DNA of 63,746 nt, counting the filler, from Reticulomyxa filosa (Eukaryota; Protista; Foraminifera): assembly GCA_000512085.1 (NCBI GenBank). It is 25 parts of 25 records of this genome, joined end to end, with 100 filler letters (N's around TTAATTAATTAA, not from the genome) between each part and the next. Parts side by side here need not be neighbours in the genome. Positions count along the whole stretch, not along the records: positions 5,206 to 15,463 come from ASPP01009294.1; positions 15,564 to 19,390 come from ASPP01015238.1; positions 19,491 to 22,909 come from ASPP01011594.1; positions 23,010 to 25,017 come from ASPP01018837.1; 21 more parts are not named here. The stretch is one strand, 5' to 3'. The notes below the pieces were generated by a model, which saw only the letters and a program-made list of their open reading frames with translations, was not told the DNA's origin and ran no database searches. Of this stretch, positions 12,375-25,117 are shown in pieces (the stretch's first letter is position 1; each line of letters opens with the position of its first letter). The position numbers were made by a program, and so were the translations under genes.

Positions 12375-12962
12375 ATGATTATGCCAATGAATTCAACGAT
12401 GGTAATGGACATGAGCATGGATTGTCCAATGCCTTCTACCTTCCAATGGACTGTAAATGTGTGCTTGCTGTTTGAGCCTTGGCACGTCAAACACGGCTGG
12501 CAATATTCTATTTGTTTAATAGTGATCGTGCTTGTGTGTATATTCCGTGAGTATTTGCAGTTATTTTCGGCCCAATTTCCCAATTGTCTAGAGAGTCTGT
12601 TTGGAAAACTTGGAAACAAGAAAACTGAAGAAAGATTTATCAAAAAAGATATTGAGGAGTCATATGATTACGATCCCAGCTTGCATAACGAATCAATCAA
12701 CAATCGCACTTCAAAGCAGAAGAAAGATATATGGATGTGCTTTTCTCCTCAAATTGAAGAAGGAGTATTGAAAACGATCCAAGATGGAATAGTTTTTGTC
12801 ACGGTATTATTCATTGATTATTGTATTATGTTGTTGCTTATGTCTTATAACTATGGGATCGCCATTACCATCTTGGCCAGCTTGTGTGCCGGAAGATTTC
12901 TTGTTTATCCACGCATGGTCAGGTCCAGAATTTCGTCGATTGACCATTGCCATACTGAATAA
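12375..12962 (+). CDS. Ctr (SLC31) copper transporter
   Basis: Met-rich N-terminus, F..W..LLFEPW, three TM helices, MLLLMSYN (MxxxM) motif, C-terminal HCH. Confidence 0.92.
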   Translation: MIMPMNSTMVMDMSMDCPMPSTFQWTVNVCLLFEPWHVKHGWQYSICLIVIVLVCIFREYLQLFSAQFPNCLESLFGKLGNKKTEERFIKKDIEESYDYDPSLHNESINNRTSKQKKDIWMCFSPQIEEGVLKTIQDGIVFVTVLFIDYCIMLLLMSYNYGIAITILASLCAGRFLVYPRMVRSRISSIDHCHTE

Positions 12963-14336
12963 GTATAATCATCATTAAAACTCTCTTACCTATTTCAATT
13001 TTTGGGTTTATTATATTTATTTTTGTTTGAGCCCAATTTCCTGTAAGTGTGTTCATTTCGTGTTAAAGGGCCAGTTTGGCTGTGAACTAATGCTATCTCT
13101 TTTTCTTATAAACCTTTTTTTTGTCATTTTTTTGGTCTTGGCACTTAAGATATACTTCAATTATCTCTTATTCAATCTTCTGTGCCATCTTTCCAATCAA
13201 AATCTCGTTTGTCTGCACCATCAAATTCACTAACATTTAACATGTGAACGGTATTTTAGGTAAATGCTCTGAGTGTTGTCATTTGTCATGATGATATTTG
13301 TGGTTTGTGTTGTGTGTATCCAATCAAATTTTCTTGTTCTACAGAACATTTTTTCACTTTTTGTTCAAATTCTGAAACAAATTCTAAGGCGCTGACAAAA
13401 GTAAGTTCGCAAGTGTTTTACCAAAAAGTTCCCTGCACGGGAGTGGGCGAAAAAAAACTTGTTGCGCTTTTGTTGTTTTTTTGTGACGTTTTATTAATTG
13501 CTGTGCAAAACTATACAATAAAAGATGGTGCACAATGAGCAACCATAAAAACCAAATAGAAACGCCCTGCTTTTAACACGCGATTTCGTGGCACTGCGAA
13601 GTAAACGTATGTTATGTTTTTAAAAATGACAATTCAACACCTAAAAAGTTTGTGATGATATTGAAAATTTCCAGTTGAACTGTCGACCACAAACGTGGGC
13701 TGAGACGAACATTTTCATATCTGAAAAAGGTGTACATAACAAAAAAAAAAAAAAGAAAAATTAAAACTTTTTATGTTGTGAAAAATACAGTAAACTGGTT
13801 AACGGATAAACTGAAAATGTAAAATAGTGGATAACTTTTGAAAATAGTTAAGTTATACGGACTACTATGAAAATCTTTTTACATGAAGAACCTTTACTCC
13901 ACTTGACCTGAATTTGATGTGGATATTAACTCGTCTGATTTTCTTGAATTTTTTGTTTGTTACCAATAAAAAACTCGTCGGAAAATAGAAAATTGTTCAT
14001 GAATAGATAAAAGTTGCGCTAAAGAGTGATGCGGAAAAACGAAAATTGCACAACTTCACTTTTTTTTTATTGGGGTGCTTGTATGAAAAGATGTCGTTCT
14101 GTTGTAAATGTAAATTTAAAAAGATCGGTAATGTGACAAATTTTAATTATTGTTTGAACTTAAAATTTTTGATCCATCTAACTGATTTTAGATCAAATAT
14201 TGGCCTTGTCATTGTATGCATCAATTATTGCATAGATACCCCGAAAAGAGTTGTAAGGAAAAAACATCACAAACGTCTGCTCCCTTTTTTTTTTCTTTTT
14301 AAAAAATCACTGATCAATCGAATTCTAAATTGAAAG

Positions 14337-15446
14337 ATGAGCGAGCCAAAAAAGTCACTAAACCGCGCGCAAACTCTTCGTTCGTTGGACGATATGAAGC
14401 GGTAAAAGATTTTTGTGTTGTTGGAACAAAACAAAATCAATATACAAATGTGGTATTTGTGTGAAAGCCCTGAAAAGAATTCGATTTATTTTGTGAATTG
14501 GCAAGACATGGAGAACATTCGAGTAGTTTGTCGATTTCGACCAGCGATAACAGCAGAAATTAACTTTGACAAATCACAAAAAAAATGAGGTTGAGGCAAA
14601 GCCCCCAACTTATGTGAGCGAGACAACAGTGTTGTTGGAAAGACCAGAGAGTGGTAAACGAGACAATCAAAAGCAAAATGTCTTTCAATGTGACCTGGAT
14701 TTCATATTACCAGATCAATCACAGCAAAGTCACTGTTTCCACGTTGTTGGAAGGCCAATGGTCGATTCGTGCTTGGATGGGTTCAATGGTACCATATTTG
14801 CATACGGTCAAACGGGTTCTGGGAAAACGTATTCAGTTTTGTGATAATACTGAATTGATTGAAGTGCATTGTTTTTGAGAGAGTATTAAGATGCACTTGT
14901 TGTTGTCCATGAAAAGTTTTTATAGTGCTTTTTTTTGGGGGGGGGGACCTTTCCCCCGGTCCTTCTTTGCCTCGCTTTAATTTGCTCACGAACAAATAAA
15001 ATATACGTTTCTACCTTATATTCACACATACACATGCATCGTTTTATTGTTGCAAAGATGTTCGGACCAGATAAGAGAAAAGAAGACTCGGAATACGGAT
15101 TGGTAGCTCGGTCGGTTGCATATTTGTTCAAAGAGCTACAAGACAAATTAAAAAACCAAACCAATGAGAAAGACACAAGTGAAAAACTGATTGAATATAA
15201 CATCACCATGCAATGTGTTCAAATTTACAAGAGTTTTGAGTCATATGTGTATCTACTTATTTCTTCTTCCTTTGCCACATTTTGATAAAAAACGAGGGGA
15301 AAAGAATAATACCAGCACATTAGGGTGACCCCCTTTTTTTTTTTTTTTTGGAGTGATTGTTTTGAGGGAAAAAAAAAAACTCGATAATAGATGACTTATT
15401 GGACCTATTGCATCCAGACAAGAAAGAGAAATTAACAATTAAAACT
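14337..15446 (+). CDS. Kinesin motor protein, 5' part (four exons; +1 frameshift at A8 run 14578-14585; truncated)
   Basis: NIRVVCRFRP, LDGFNGTIFAYGQTGSGKTYS|MFG, GLVARS, QIYK|NDLLDLL; GT-AG introns in frame. Confidence 0.92.
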
Positions 15447-16058
15447 GTATGTGACAAATAAAANNNNNNNNNNNNNNNNNNNNNNNNNNNNNNNNNNNNN
15501 NNNNNNNTTAATTAATTAANNNNNNNNNNNNNNNNNNNNNNNNNNNNNNNNNNNNNNNNNNNNTATCATCAGAAGATATGTTTTAGACATTCAGTTTTCT
15601 TTGCAACATACTGTAATATAGATATTTGCCCATCAATTGATGCAAAACAAGTGAATGCACAACTTCCAGATGAACAATCAATACCAATCACAATATTTTT
15701 GTGTTTATCGAGTGTTACGTATTTTTTAGACTCCAAAAAGGTACAGATCGTGTGCTGGAACGCCTGTATTAAATAGTGACTTATGAATAAACGTTTAGCC
15801 ATTTTGATATGCAGCCAAACGAAAAAAACAATAAGCAAAACAACACACAACAAAACAAAAATACATAACAACTTCGGTAATAATGTGACTAATGTCAGTG
15901 TGAAAATCATTAAACCCGAATTCTTGTTGAGCACAATTGTAGATAGTATTTGACATGTGACCTGCTAGCTGATTTGATCATAAATTACAACAAATAAATA
16001 CAATACAAATTCAAAGAAACTAGATTTCTGAAAGATTGAAATAAAGGTTACATTTAAT

Positions 16059-16279
16059 TATATTTCTGATTCTGGTACTGGTTGTTCGGCTCGCGATTTT
16101 GGCATTGATTCACCATCATATTTGTTTTCTTTCTCTTTCTCTATCTCTTTCTCTTTTTTTTCATTATTTTTTTTGTTTCGTTTTAATTGTTCTTACGGTA
16201 CTGGTGTTGATTCGAATGAGGGATTCTGTTTCTACAGGTGTATGTTATTTCTTTCTTGTTCTACTTGTTTTTCCATCAT
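16059..16279 (-). pseudogene. Charged low-complexity coding-like exon with two in-frame stops
   Basis: Reads MMEKQVEQERNNIHL*KQNPSFESTPVP*EQLKRNKKNNEKKEKEIEKEKENKYDGESMPKSRAEQPVPESEI*. Confidence 0.45.
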
Positions 16280-17378
16280 CTCTCTTTACGTAAAAAAAAA
16301 AAAAGAAGTAAGGATAAGATTTAAAAATAGACAAAATATATGACACAATTTTGGTTAAATGTGATCAAATATTCTTTTTATATAAACTTTAGAATCGGCC
16401 CATGATTTTTCTAGACTCTGTGTATTTATTAAAATAGTTCAATGAGTACGCTTTCAATAAAAAAAAATCAACACAAAGTACAGTAGCGTGAAGTTAACCG
16501 ATCTGACTGGTCGGTCTCTTGGCAGCGCTTGCTGCTTGTACTTTTGACTTTTTCAACAAAAAAAAAAATGATAACACTTTTATTATTTGTAGTTTAGATT
16601 ATTTTTAGCACATACTTAACGACATAAGTGTAAATTTCAAAAAAATAGAAAACACTCTAAAAAAGCTAACTTCAAACTTGAGACTTCCAAAGACCTGTAC
16701 ACACATTTGTACTTTTTTTATAACAAAGCTGATCAGATTTAAAACGTGTCAAATCGATCCCAATTCACAAATAATACACTTTTACAACGGGAAAACGTGG
16801 AGATATTCGATTGCTCATTGCTTTGTTGTTACCCACTACTGTTATTTCCTTTTGCAGTAGATTAAAAAAGTCAATACACAAAATATTATCTTGTTGTATT
16901 CGGAACTAAGTTCCTTCGTATTACACTTAGTTTCACTATTCCCAGAATCTCGTAGAGATTGTTGACTCTCCTTGAAAAAACATCGCTTAACCAAACATTT
17001 TCAGTTTAAAAAGATATAATATAACACGCTAAAATTGAAAAAATAGTTTTGATTTTCTATTTCATCTCCAATTTTTCAACAGCTTTATTTAAAAATTACA
17101 TGATTTGTGGATTAGACGGTGTGTCGTTGTCACCAGATATCGATTTGTTTCTATCATTGTAATCAAATTACCCAAAAATATTGTGCAAATATAATTCAAT
17201 GTTCTGTGATTTTGGACTGTTTTCGATCATATATAGCTACTTGTACGAGAAAAAATAAAAGGGGGACAGAGACAAAAACGACGTTTCTATTTCAAAAAAT
17301 GAAGTAAAAAAGTTTTTTTCTGGATGGGAACACAAGACCTTTAATACTTGTAAGTGATCGAGTATCAATATCAATATC

Positions 17379-19370
17379 ATGTCACAAGTTATGTGTCCTT
17401 TTTCTTGTGTATGGACAAGCCCGTTTCTGTGGTTGGCAAAGTGTTTGATTTTGTTTGTTGTTTGGCCACGTTAAAACGAAAACCAGTTGCAAAAACTGAA
17501 AGAGATCTTTGACCAGTGCGACACAGACAAAGATGGTAAGTTGAAGCAGGAGGAATTTGCGTTATTTGTGAAGAAAGCGCTTAACAAAGTCAGTTTGGTC
17601 CAAACATTATTGTACGTAACACGACGAATCAAAAGGGGGAGGGGTATTTGTATGTGTGTATGAAAAAGTAGGGGGTTGAATGTGACAAAAAAAAAAAAAA
17701 AAAACTTTTGTAAACTAAACTATACTCAAAACAAAAATTAAACAAAAACATGACAACAAATTGATTGGGAACGCAGCCATGCCCGCCGACAATGTACCCA
17801 ATGTTATGTCAGCACTTCCAAATATCCCCCGGCGACGGATTGGAATGGGGTCACACAAAGGACGTGTTACTTCAATCGAACAACAGCAATAGTGGAGGAG
17901 GAGGAGGAGGCGCCAACAATCCCCCAAATAACAACCGCAACGCAAACAAAGGCGCAGCCGCAATGGCGAAGCAAACATCCAACCCCGCATCTGACGTTGC
18001 GGCTCCTTCCAACGCGACGAACAACGCCACCAATAATAATAATAGTAATAATAGTAATAATAGTAACAATAATAATAATACCAATAACAATAATAATAAT
18101 AATAATAATACTAACAATAGCAATAATATTTCTGGAATAGCAAGTCCTCGTGCGGACACAACAGCAACAGTAGCAACAGTAGCAACAGTAGCAACAACAA
18201 CAACAACAACAACAGCGGCAGCAACGGCGATAACAAGTAATGCCTCGGTTGACGAAAACAAAGTGCTCTCACCGACCAGAGAGACTGCCCAACGCAATCG
18301 CCAATCGCAAGTGCAGCGTCCAACGAGTCGCTTCGCGTCGCCTCAGCCCCCGAACAACGCCGGCCAATTGGATGACACCAGGAGCGTCGGGTCGCCCATG
18401 AATCCCAACGCTTTGACCACCGACAACGGCATCGGACCCGACGCTGGCAAGCACTATCGTCGCACGGCCACCAAGACCGATCTGACCCCTGAGACGCCTC
18501 ATGCCACAGATACCGCTGCTGGGCTCACTGAAAAAGCATTAAGTTGCTTTTTTTGTTTGTTTGTTTGTTTGTTTGTGCGATTGATGGGGAATGCGAATTT
18601 TTTTGAAAGACTTTTTTTTTTTTTAAGGATTTGTTAACTTTTAACGCTTCTGTTGTGCGTGCTGTTATTGTTGTTGTTTTTTTTGAGCAGAAAGCCATGA
18701 GTACCAGAACTCGATAAGTGGTGATATACAATTAGACGGTTTGCGTTACATGTCCTCTTATACCTTTCCCCTTTTTTTTTTTTTTTGGCTTCTTTTGTCT
18801 TCAATACTTCTTTTGTTGTTCGTCGTAGATCTTGTCGAACCGGAGATGGACAGTGGAAAGAAGGTTTTGAACTATATGCAATGCACACGTATATGTATAT
18901 ATCTAAATATATGTATATACCATATATGTATGTATATATGCGTCGACCAACATGATAGCCGCATCATACAATCACCCGGTCACGTACTCGAGTGGATGCG
19001 CTGACTGAACATAGGGCTTCTATGGCTAGCGATTCCGGGGACACTTCGGGTTCGTTTTTTTGTGTTTCGATTTGCACTCTGTTTGTTTGGACGTCTACAA
19101 TCATTGACTTACATTAAGTACAATACAAAACATGTGTGCATCACTGCAAACGCATAAATAAATTTAAAAAAAAAAAAAATGAAAGAGTTGCAAATTCTGA
19201 CAATGATGGAAAACAAGTTGAATTCGACAAAAAAAGAGCTGGACAAAGAAAAACAAAAACGCAAGCAAGGCGAGTCGTTAATGCAGCAATTACTGCAGCA
19301 AAACGATCAGTACAAACAGCAACTTGGCGACTTACAAAATCAATTGAAAACATTGCGACAAGATCACGTT
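17379..19370 (+). CDS. EF-hand protein with Asn/Thr-rich disordered region and coiled coil (multi-exon, probably 3' truncated)
   Basis: Exon ~17487-17588 encodes LQKLKEIFDQCDTDKDGKLKQEEF (canonical EF loop); later exons are low complexity, then heptad-rich. Confidence 0.75.
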
Positions 19371-19490
19371 AATTAAACTAATCCTATTTTNNNNNNNNNN
19401 NNNNNNNNNNNNNNNNNNNNNNNNNNNNNNNNNNTTAATTAATTAANNNNNNNNNNNNNNNNNNNNNNNNNNNNNNNNNNNNNNNNNNNN

Positions 19491-20056
19491 AATTCACCAA
19501 TGCAATTGATATCCATGAGTATGGTCGCACTTGTTAATATCTTTTACAAAAAAAAAAAAAAAAAAAGCTGTTTCAAATTGTATGGACAATTCGTGTTTTA
19601 ATATACATAATATATACATATATGTATGTGTATGTACCTATATATGTGCGACAATGATTCAAGCGGAGTACAAGTTGAAACGAGGAGATCATAAAAGCTT
19701 CTTGTTGCCCGAGTCGGAAAGTCCTGATTCAATAAAGAAAGATGAACACTACAAAGGATGGGACACATATGCCTGGGATATACGCCAAGAACAATTAGGC
19801 TTCGATCCCAGACAAGGGTATTGGATTCGAGTCAAATTTGATGGCGATATCACTTTTGCCGAGGAATTGGAATTGGAATCTTTCCCATTTGATGTTTGTC
19901 TTTTTATTTTATTAACTATATCAATACATATTTTTTATATACATATATATGTATATATGTGTATATGTGTACATGTAAGATTAAATACAAGTTACTTACC
20001 TGATGTTGTACATTTTTATTTTTGTGTTTACCCTTTTGTTTTAAACAAAAAAAATA

Positions 20057-20089
<33 letters not shown>

Positions 20090-21349
20090 TTACAGTGCCA
20101 AGACTTGACGATATATGTAAAAGTGGCGGAAGATTCCAGCGCTTATTGTGATGTAGTGCCATTTCCAAGTTATTTGAAATATCTTGCTTTACTTGTTGCA
20201 AAGGAGACAATACTACAATAAGAACAATCCTTGAAAAAATAAAATAAAACAACAGGAATTGGTGAATATTTGCTGTTGGATCCGCAGTTTTCCGTCGTGT
20301 CCGAGTGGATCCTGGAAGATCTCATTGTCGAGTACGGCTTCACTGAACCACAAAGGTCCAAGTCGCTTACTACGTATGCTGTTGTGGGTATGCATATCAA
20401 AGCTTCTCGCAGTTTTGCTGTTTATTCAATCGTATCCTTGCTTCTTTCGTTTTGTTTTCCATTAAAAAGTGTATGTGCATATTCACAAAACCCACTTTTA
20501 AAGTTTGGCGTAGTCATATCTCAACCTTTATCGTAACCTTTTGCTTTTTTACTTTGGGATTGTGCATATTTTCATTGAGTGTGGAAACTGGTATGTCAAT
20601 CTTTTTTGTTGTGTGTGTGTGTGTGTATATGTGTGCATTGATCGCGTGTGTTTGAAGTATTGATTGAACTGTGGTTGAGGTATTGCAAAAGGTGATCTCA
20701 AATATTGTGCTGTTTTTGTACATTTTTTTTTTTTTTTTTTGCTTGGTTGAATATGTGTAAAGACTTGGGCAATCGGCTAGCCTACAGTATCACACTTTTA
20801 CTGGCTGATGTCGCTGCGTTGCAACTTATGTTTGATAGACTACCAACCATTTCTTATCTTACCCTTTTGGTATGATTTGCTTGTCTTTTGTATGTATGCA
20901 ACGGCTTCTTACAAGAATAAACTTGTAATAAATAAACAAATATTCTTCAGGATGTATACATGTATTTATGCTTCGTGTATTTATTTAGCGCCATCTTGTG
21001 GACTGGTCTTGCTGGAGGGGATTCCAGATTGGCTGTTTATGATTTTCCAATGTTTATAGTATTTGTTATTGTGTATGTATTGTTACAACTGGCCTTCTTG
21101 GGTGGTGCTTTAATCAGCAGGCAAATTGAAAGAACTAAATTGACAAAAACTGACGAGGAATTACACGAAGTCATCCGCCACAAAACCTTCTTTGGATTAT
21201 GTTGTGTCAGACAAGGTCAGAAAAGTCCCATTTCCGTGCTCTGGAATCGTGAAGCTTTGTTGGAATCAGAATCTGCTGATGATGAAAAAACATTGGTTGG
21301 AAAAGGAATTCTTGTCAATGAAACCATCAGCCGTTTTGGGTTTTTCTAA
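19491..21349 (+). CDS. Pentameric ligand-gated ion channel subunit (Cys-less Pro-loop type), 3' part, multi-exon
   Basis: LELESFPFD|CQDL Pro-loop, SEW, pre-M1 R|IWRSH, M2 NRLAYSITLLLA, M2-M3 LPTISYLTLL|D; introns keep frame. Confidence 0.85.
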
Positions 21350-22134
21350 AAATGTGATGTTTTGTTGACTTGTTTCCCTTCATTGTATCTATTTTGCGCT
21401 GTTTGACCTCATTGAACTGAATGAAGGTTGTAATTTTGAAATTTATGACTGTTTTTTTATACATAAAGCAAACACAAGTTTGCTTGGCATTCAAATATTC
21501 GTAAAGCGGATGTTTTTTTTAAACAATAAACCAAAGTCTGTTACTTGAGGAGAACAAAAAAAAGAAAAAAAAAATGCATTTAAAAAGAACGATTTAAATT
21601 CTGAAAGTTTGCCATCCATGAAATGATGGGACATACAACAAGAACACAACTTTCATTGAAAGAAATAAAAAAACCAAAAAGTAAGTATTGATTCATTTCA
21701 AATGTTTAATTGATCACCCAAAAAAAATAACCCTGACCTCGACACAACTATTTTTGGAAGCAATTTTTCCCTTTTTGCACGTTTCTTGTTTTTATTATCA
21801 AAACAAATAAACAAAACAAAAAAAAAAAGACAAAGAAAAACGAGAATAAATGAAAAGCATCAAACAAATTAATAAATGTCGCCAGTCAGTCAGACAATTG
21901 AATATTATTTTCCAAAACCACCAAACTGGGAATACCTTTACATATACTGTATTTTTTGCTTTTTTTACAATGCTGTGAATACAGACAAAACTAATGTGAG
22001 TGCACAAAACAACCCCCTTCAAGCTCAAAAGAAAAAAACAAAAAAAAGAAAACCATTACACCAACAAAAAGATTAAAATAAAAGAAAAAAGTACAAAAAG
22101 AAAAAAAACCAGTAAAAATAAGTGTTCAATTTAT

Positions 22135-22816
22135 TTAATACATATCAATTGTGGCAAGCTTTCTGTCAATACTGATGAGCTGTGAATTACGCTTTGATGG
22201 CATCGGAACAGCGGGTACAAAAGAATCATTTTTGTTTGTCCCAGTTTTGGTATGATCCAACGGAATCGTTCCATTTTTGGAAGTATCAGTGGACTTGTCA
22301 AAATCGTGAGCTGGAGAAAAAGCGTGATTGAATTTGGACGGTAGTTCATTTTGAAGATGTGGATACATTCCCCTGGACATGTCCACATGGTTACGACCGC
22401 GAGGCGAGGAGGTAGACGCAGGATGCGGAAAAGAAATTACTTTATGTGCATTTGCAGTTGGGGGGTTGGCTACTTTTTTATCTTGTTTTTTTTTGCGACC
22501 ATTATTAGCTGCCAACGGTCGTTCTTTGAGTCCGCCAGCGGTCGCATTTTTTTTAAAGTTGGGAGTGGACAAGTGTTGCGAATGGTTGCGATTATTGCTT
22601 GCCGTATGTAGCAAGGGGAGAGCCTGCGTGCAAGAGGCACTGGACTGGTCATTGGCGCGAGGCTCGGCCGTGAGATGTATCGCGGAAATCGGAGGCACTG
22701 GCGAGGGAGAAGCGGAAATGGATAAGAAAGGTGAGACACTGGTGCCCAGTGAAGCGGTTGGCGTGAACGACGGTGCAGGCGAAGGTGAGGAATGCGGAAC
22801 ATATCCATCCGACACT
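22135..22816 (-). CDS. Terminal exon of Ser/Pro-rich low-complexity protein
   Basis: Long GC-elevated open frame after an AG acceptor, ending TAA at 22135; no recognisable domain. Confidence 0.55.
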
Positions 22817-23074
22817 AACAACACATTCACATATATGTATATGTATATGTATATATGTGTATTGCATTTTTTATTTTTTATTTTTTTGAAAAAAAAAAAA
22901 AAAAAAAAANNNNNNNNNNNNNNNNNNNNNNNNNNNNNNNNNNNNNNNNNNNNTTAATTAATTAANNNNNNNNNNNNNNNNNNNNNNNNNNNNNNNNNNN
23001 NNNNNNNNNAAAAAAAAAAACAACAGAAATATAAAAGTTTTTATCCTCTTTTTTTACAATTTGTAAATAATAAA

Positions 23075-24104
23075 GGATTTGCGGGATTTGCTGTGATAAT
23101 TCATAATTTTGCTGAGCTTTACATGTTACGAATAATTTGGTTTGGGAGGGATTACGATTCGTACAAGCTCATAGCAGTGGTTGTGTTATACGTATTTTTG
23201 ATGACTACATTTTTGATATTTTTACCAATAAACCTTTTGTATTTGGTTGCGATGGTCCAAGGAGCTACCTTAGATTATTTATTTTGTATTACATGCCCAT
23301 TAATTGCATGGGAAATAAGATGTCGGTACCGGCATCACACGGATTGGTTATTGGCTTCAATTGCCGCAATGATTCATATTTTATCTATTCAACCTTTGTT
23401 TATTGGTCTTGCTATTGGAAATGGACGAGTCACTGGAATTCCTGTCCTTGGTTTATTTCCCACATTTCTTTTATATATTTATTTTGCTGGTCGAGAAACG
23501 GGACATTTGGGATTTATTGGACCTTCTTTTAAGCAAACTTTGGTTATATATATTATTATTATTATTATTTTTTTTTTTTTAAGAAAGAAGAGAAAAGATA
23601 TCATTACTTTTTTTTTTTGTATATTTAAATTATTAGAAATATCGCACGTATGTTGAATTACTGAAACATGTCCTTGCAATTAGGACTTATATTGAAAATC
23701 ATAAATGTACTGAGCAATCAGAAAAAGAAACAGAAACAGAAACAGAAGCAGGAATAAACGCAGAAATAGAAGCAGAAATAGCAACAATATCATCCATGCA
23801 GAACAGCAAAAGAATAAACAAGCCGAAATCACAAATCACAATTGATTGTGATGATGATGCAAATACAAGTGATTCAGATCAACAACTTTTAAAAAGTAAG
23901 AAAAAATGTAAATCAGGAACTAAGACTAGTGGTAAAAATGTTTGTGAAACAGCTGATAAATTGGCAGACATAGGAGTAAAACAATACTTTGGATTATCAG
24001 ATTTCAAAGTAGTTGCTGTTTTTAAGACTGCATTTGTGTTGGCTTTAATAAATGCTTTGATTATATGGCGTTTGCCATGTTCAAACCCAATTTGTCAAAC
24101 TTAA
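23075..24104 (+). CDS. Multi-pass membrane protein of unknown family, 3' part
   Basis: Hydrophobic exon ~23075-23542, intron, charged exon and final TM segment ending TAA 24104. Confidence 0.55.
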
Positions 24105-24154
24105 AAAAAAAAAAAATTACATCTTTTTTGGTTTACAAGAATATTTTTCAATTT

Positions 24155-25017
24155 TCAAAGTGAAGAAGTCGGAACAAGAATAAATTTATGATCAGATAAT
24201 TTTTGTACCTTATTTTCAGTAATAAGTTTGGACAAATGATTTAAAACATTTTTTTCAGCAGCATAATATAAATGTGAAGGAGTATCAACATAAATAAATT
24301 GAACTAATTGATTAGAGGTTAATCCTGTTTGTTTATATTTGATTAATTGTTCAATAATTTGATTTTCTCTTTTATTTCGATGTTCAATATATTCACGTAT
24401 TTTATCCAAAGGTTTTGTAATTACTGGTCCATGTCCTGAATACATTATCTCGCAATCATATTTTAATAATGTTTCCAATGATTTCATATACTTTGTATTA
24501 TATTAAATAATATTATAATTTATAAAATATAATATATATATATAATATATATAATATATAATTTGTATATATATATATAAATATATTAACTGTATATAAA
24601 TCATCAAAAACAGCAGTACCATAACCTAAAATACAATCTCCTGAAAAAATTGCTTTTTCTTGTTTACAATACAATGCAATATGATCTGATGTATGTCCAG
24701 GTGTATAAATACATTCTAATGTAGTTTCATCATCGACAATAATGATATCTCCATGCTTTACATATTTAAGTGTAAATCGTTTAGTATCACTTGCAAATAG
24801 CTTTTTATCTTTATCTTCGTTACCATATTTATATACGGGAATCTCTTCTTTTGTTTCGAATAAATCCAATACTTGTGATAATCCACTTGAATGATCTAAA
24901 TGCCAATGTGTTATTATCACTCCTTTTAATCCTTTTATACCTTCTTGCTTTTTTAGTGTTTGCACAAGTTCACCATATTTCTCTTTTCCTTCTCCTGTAT
25001 CAATCAATATTCGTCTA
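24155..25017 (-). CDS. LACTB2: LACTB2-like metallo-beta-lactamase-fold endoribonuclease, 3' part (2 exons)
   Basis: IDTG, THWHLDH (HxHxDH), TPGHTSDH, FSGDCILG, SGHGPVI, HRNKRENQI, AAEKNVLNHL C-terminal winged helix. Confidence 0.88.
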
Positions 25018-25117
25018 NNNNNNNNNNNNNNNNNNNNNNNNNNNNNNNNNNNNNNNNNNNNTTAATTAATTAANNNNNNNNNNNNNNNNNNNNNNNNNNN
25101 NNNNNNNNNNNNNNNNN

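Noticed and set aside
13790-13960. DYYENLF-like peptide as a LINE fragment
   Set aside because: Too short and degraded to support without a search
17872-18323. Poly-Leu/Ile/Val ORFs as membrane proteins (also 29828-30400)
   Set aside because: Alternative-frame or antisense readings of (AAT)n and (ACA)n coding repeats
1323-21349. Genome-wide TAR=Gln genetic code
   Set aside because: DUF1295, Ctr and pLGIC genes terminate at TAA at sensible positions, and long AT-rich exons lack internal TAR
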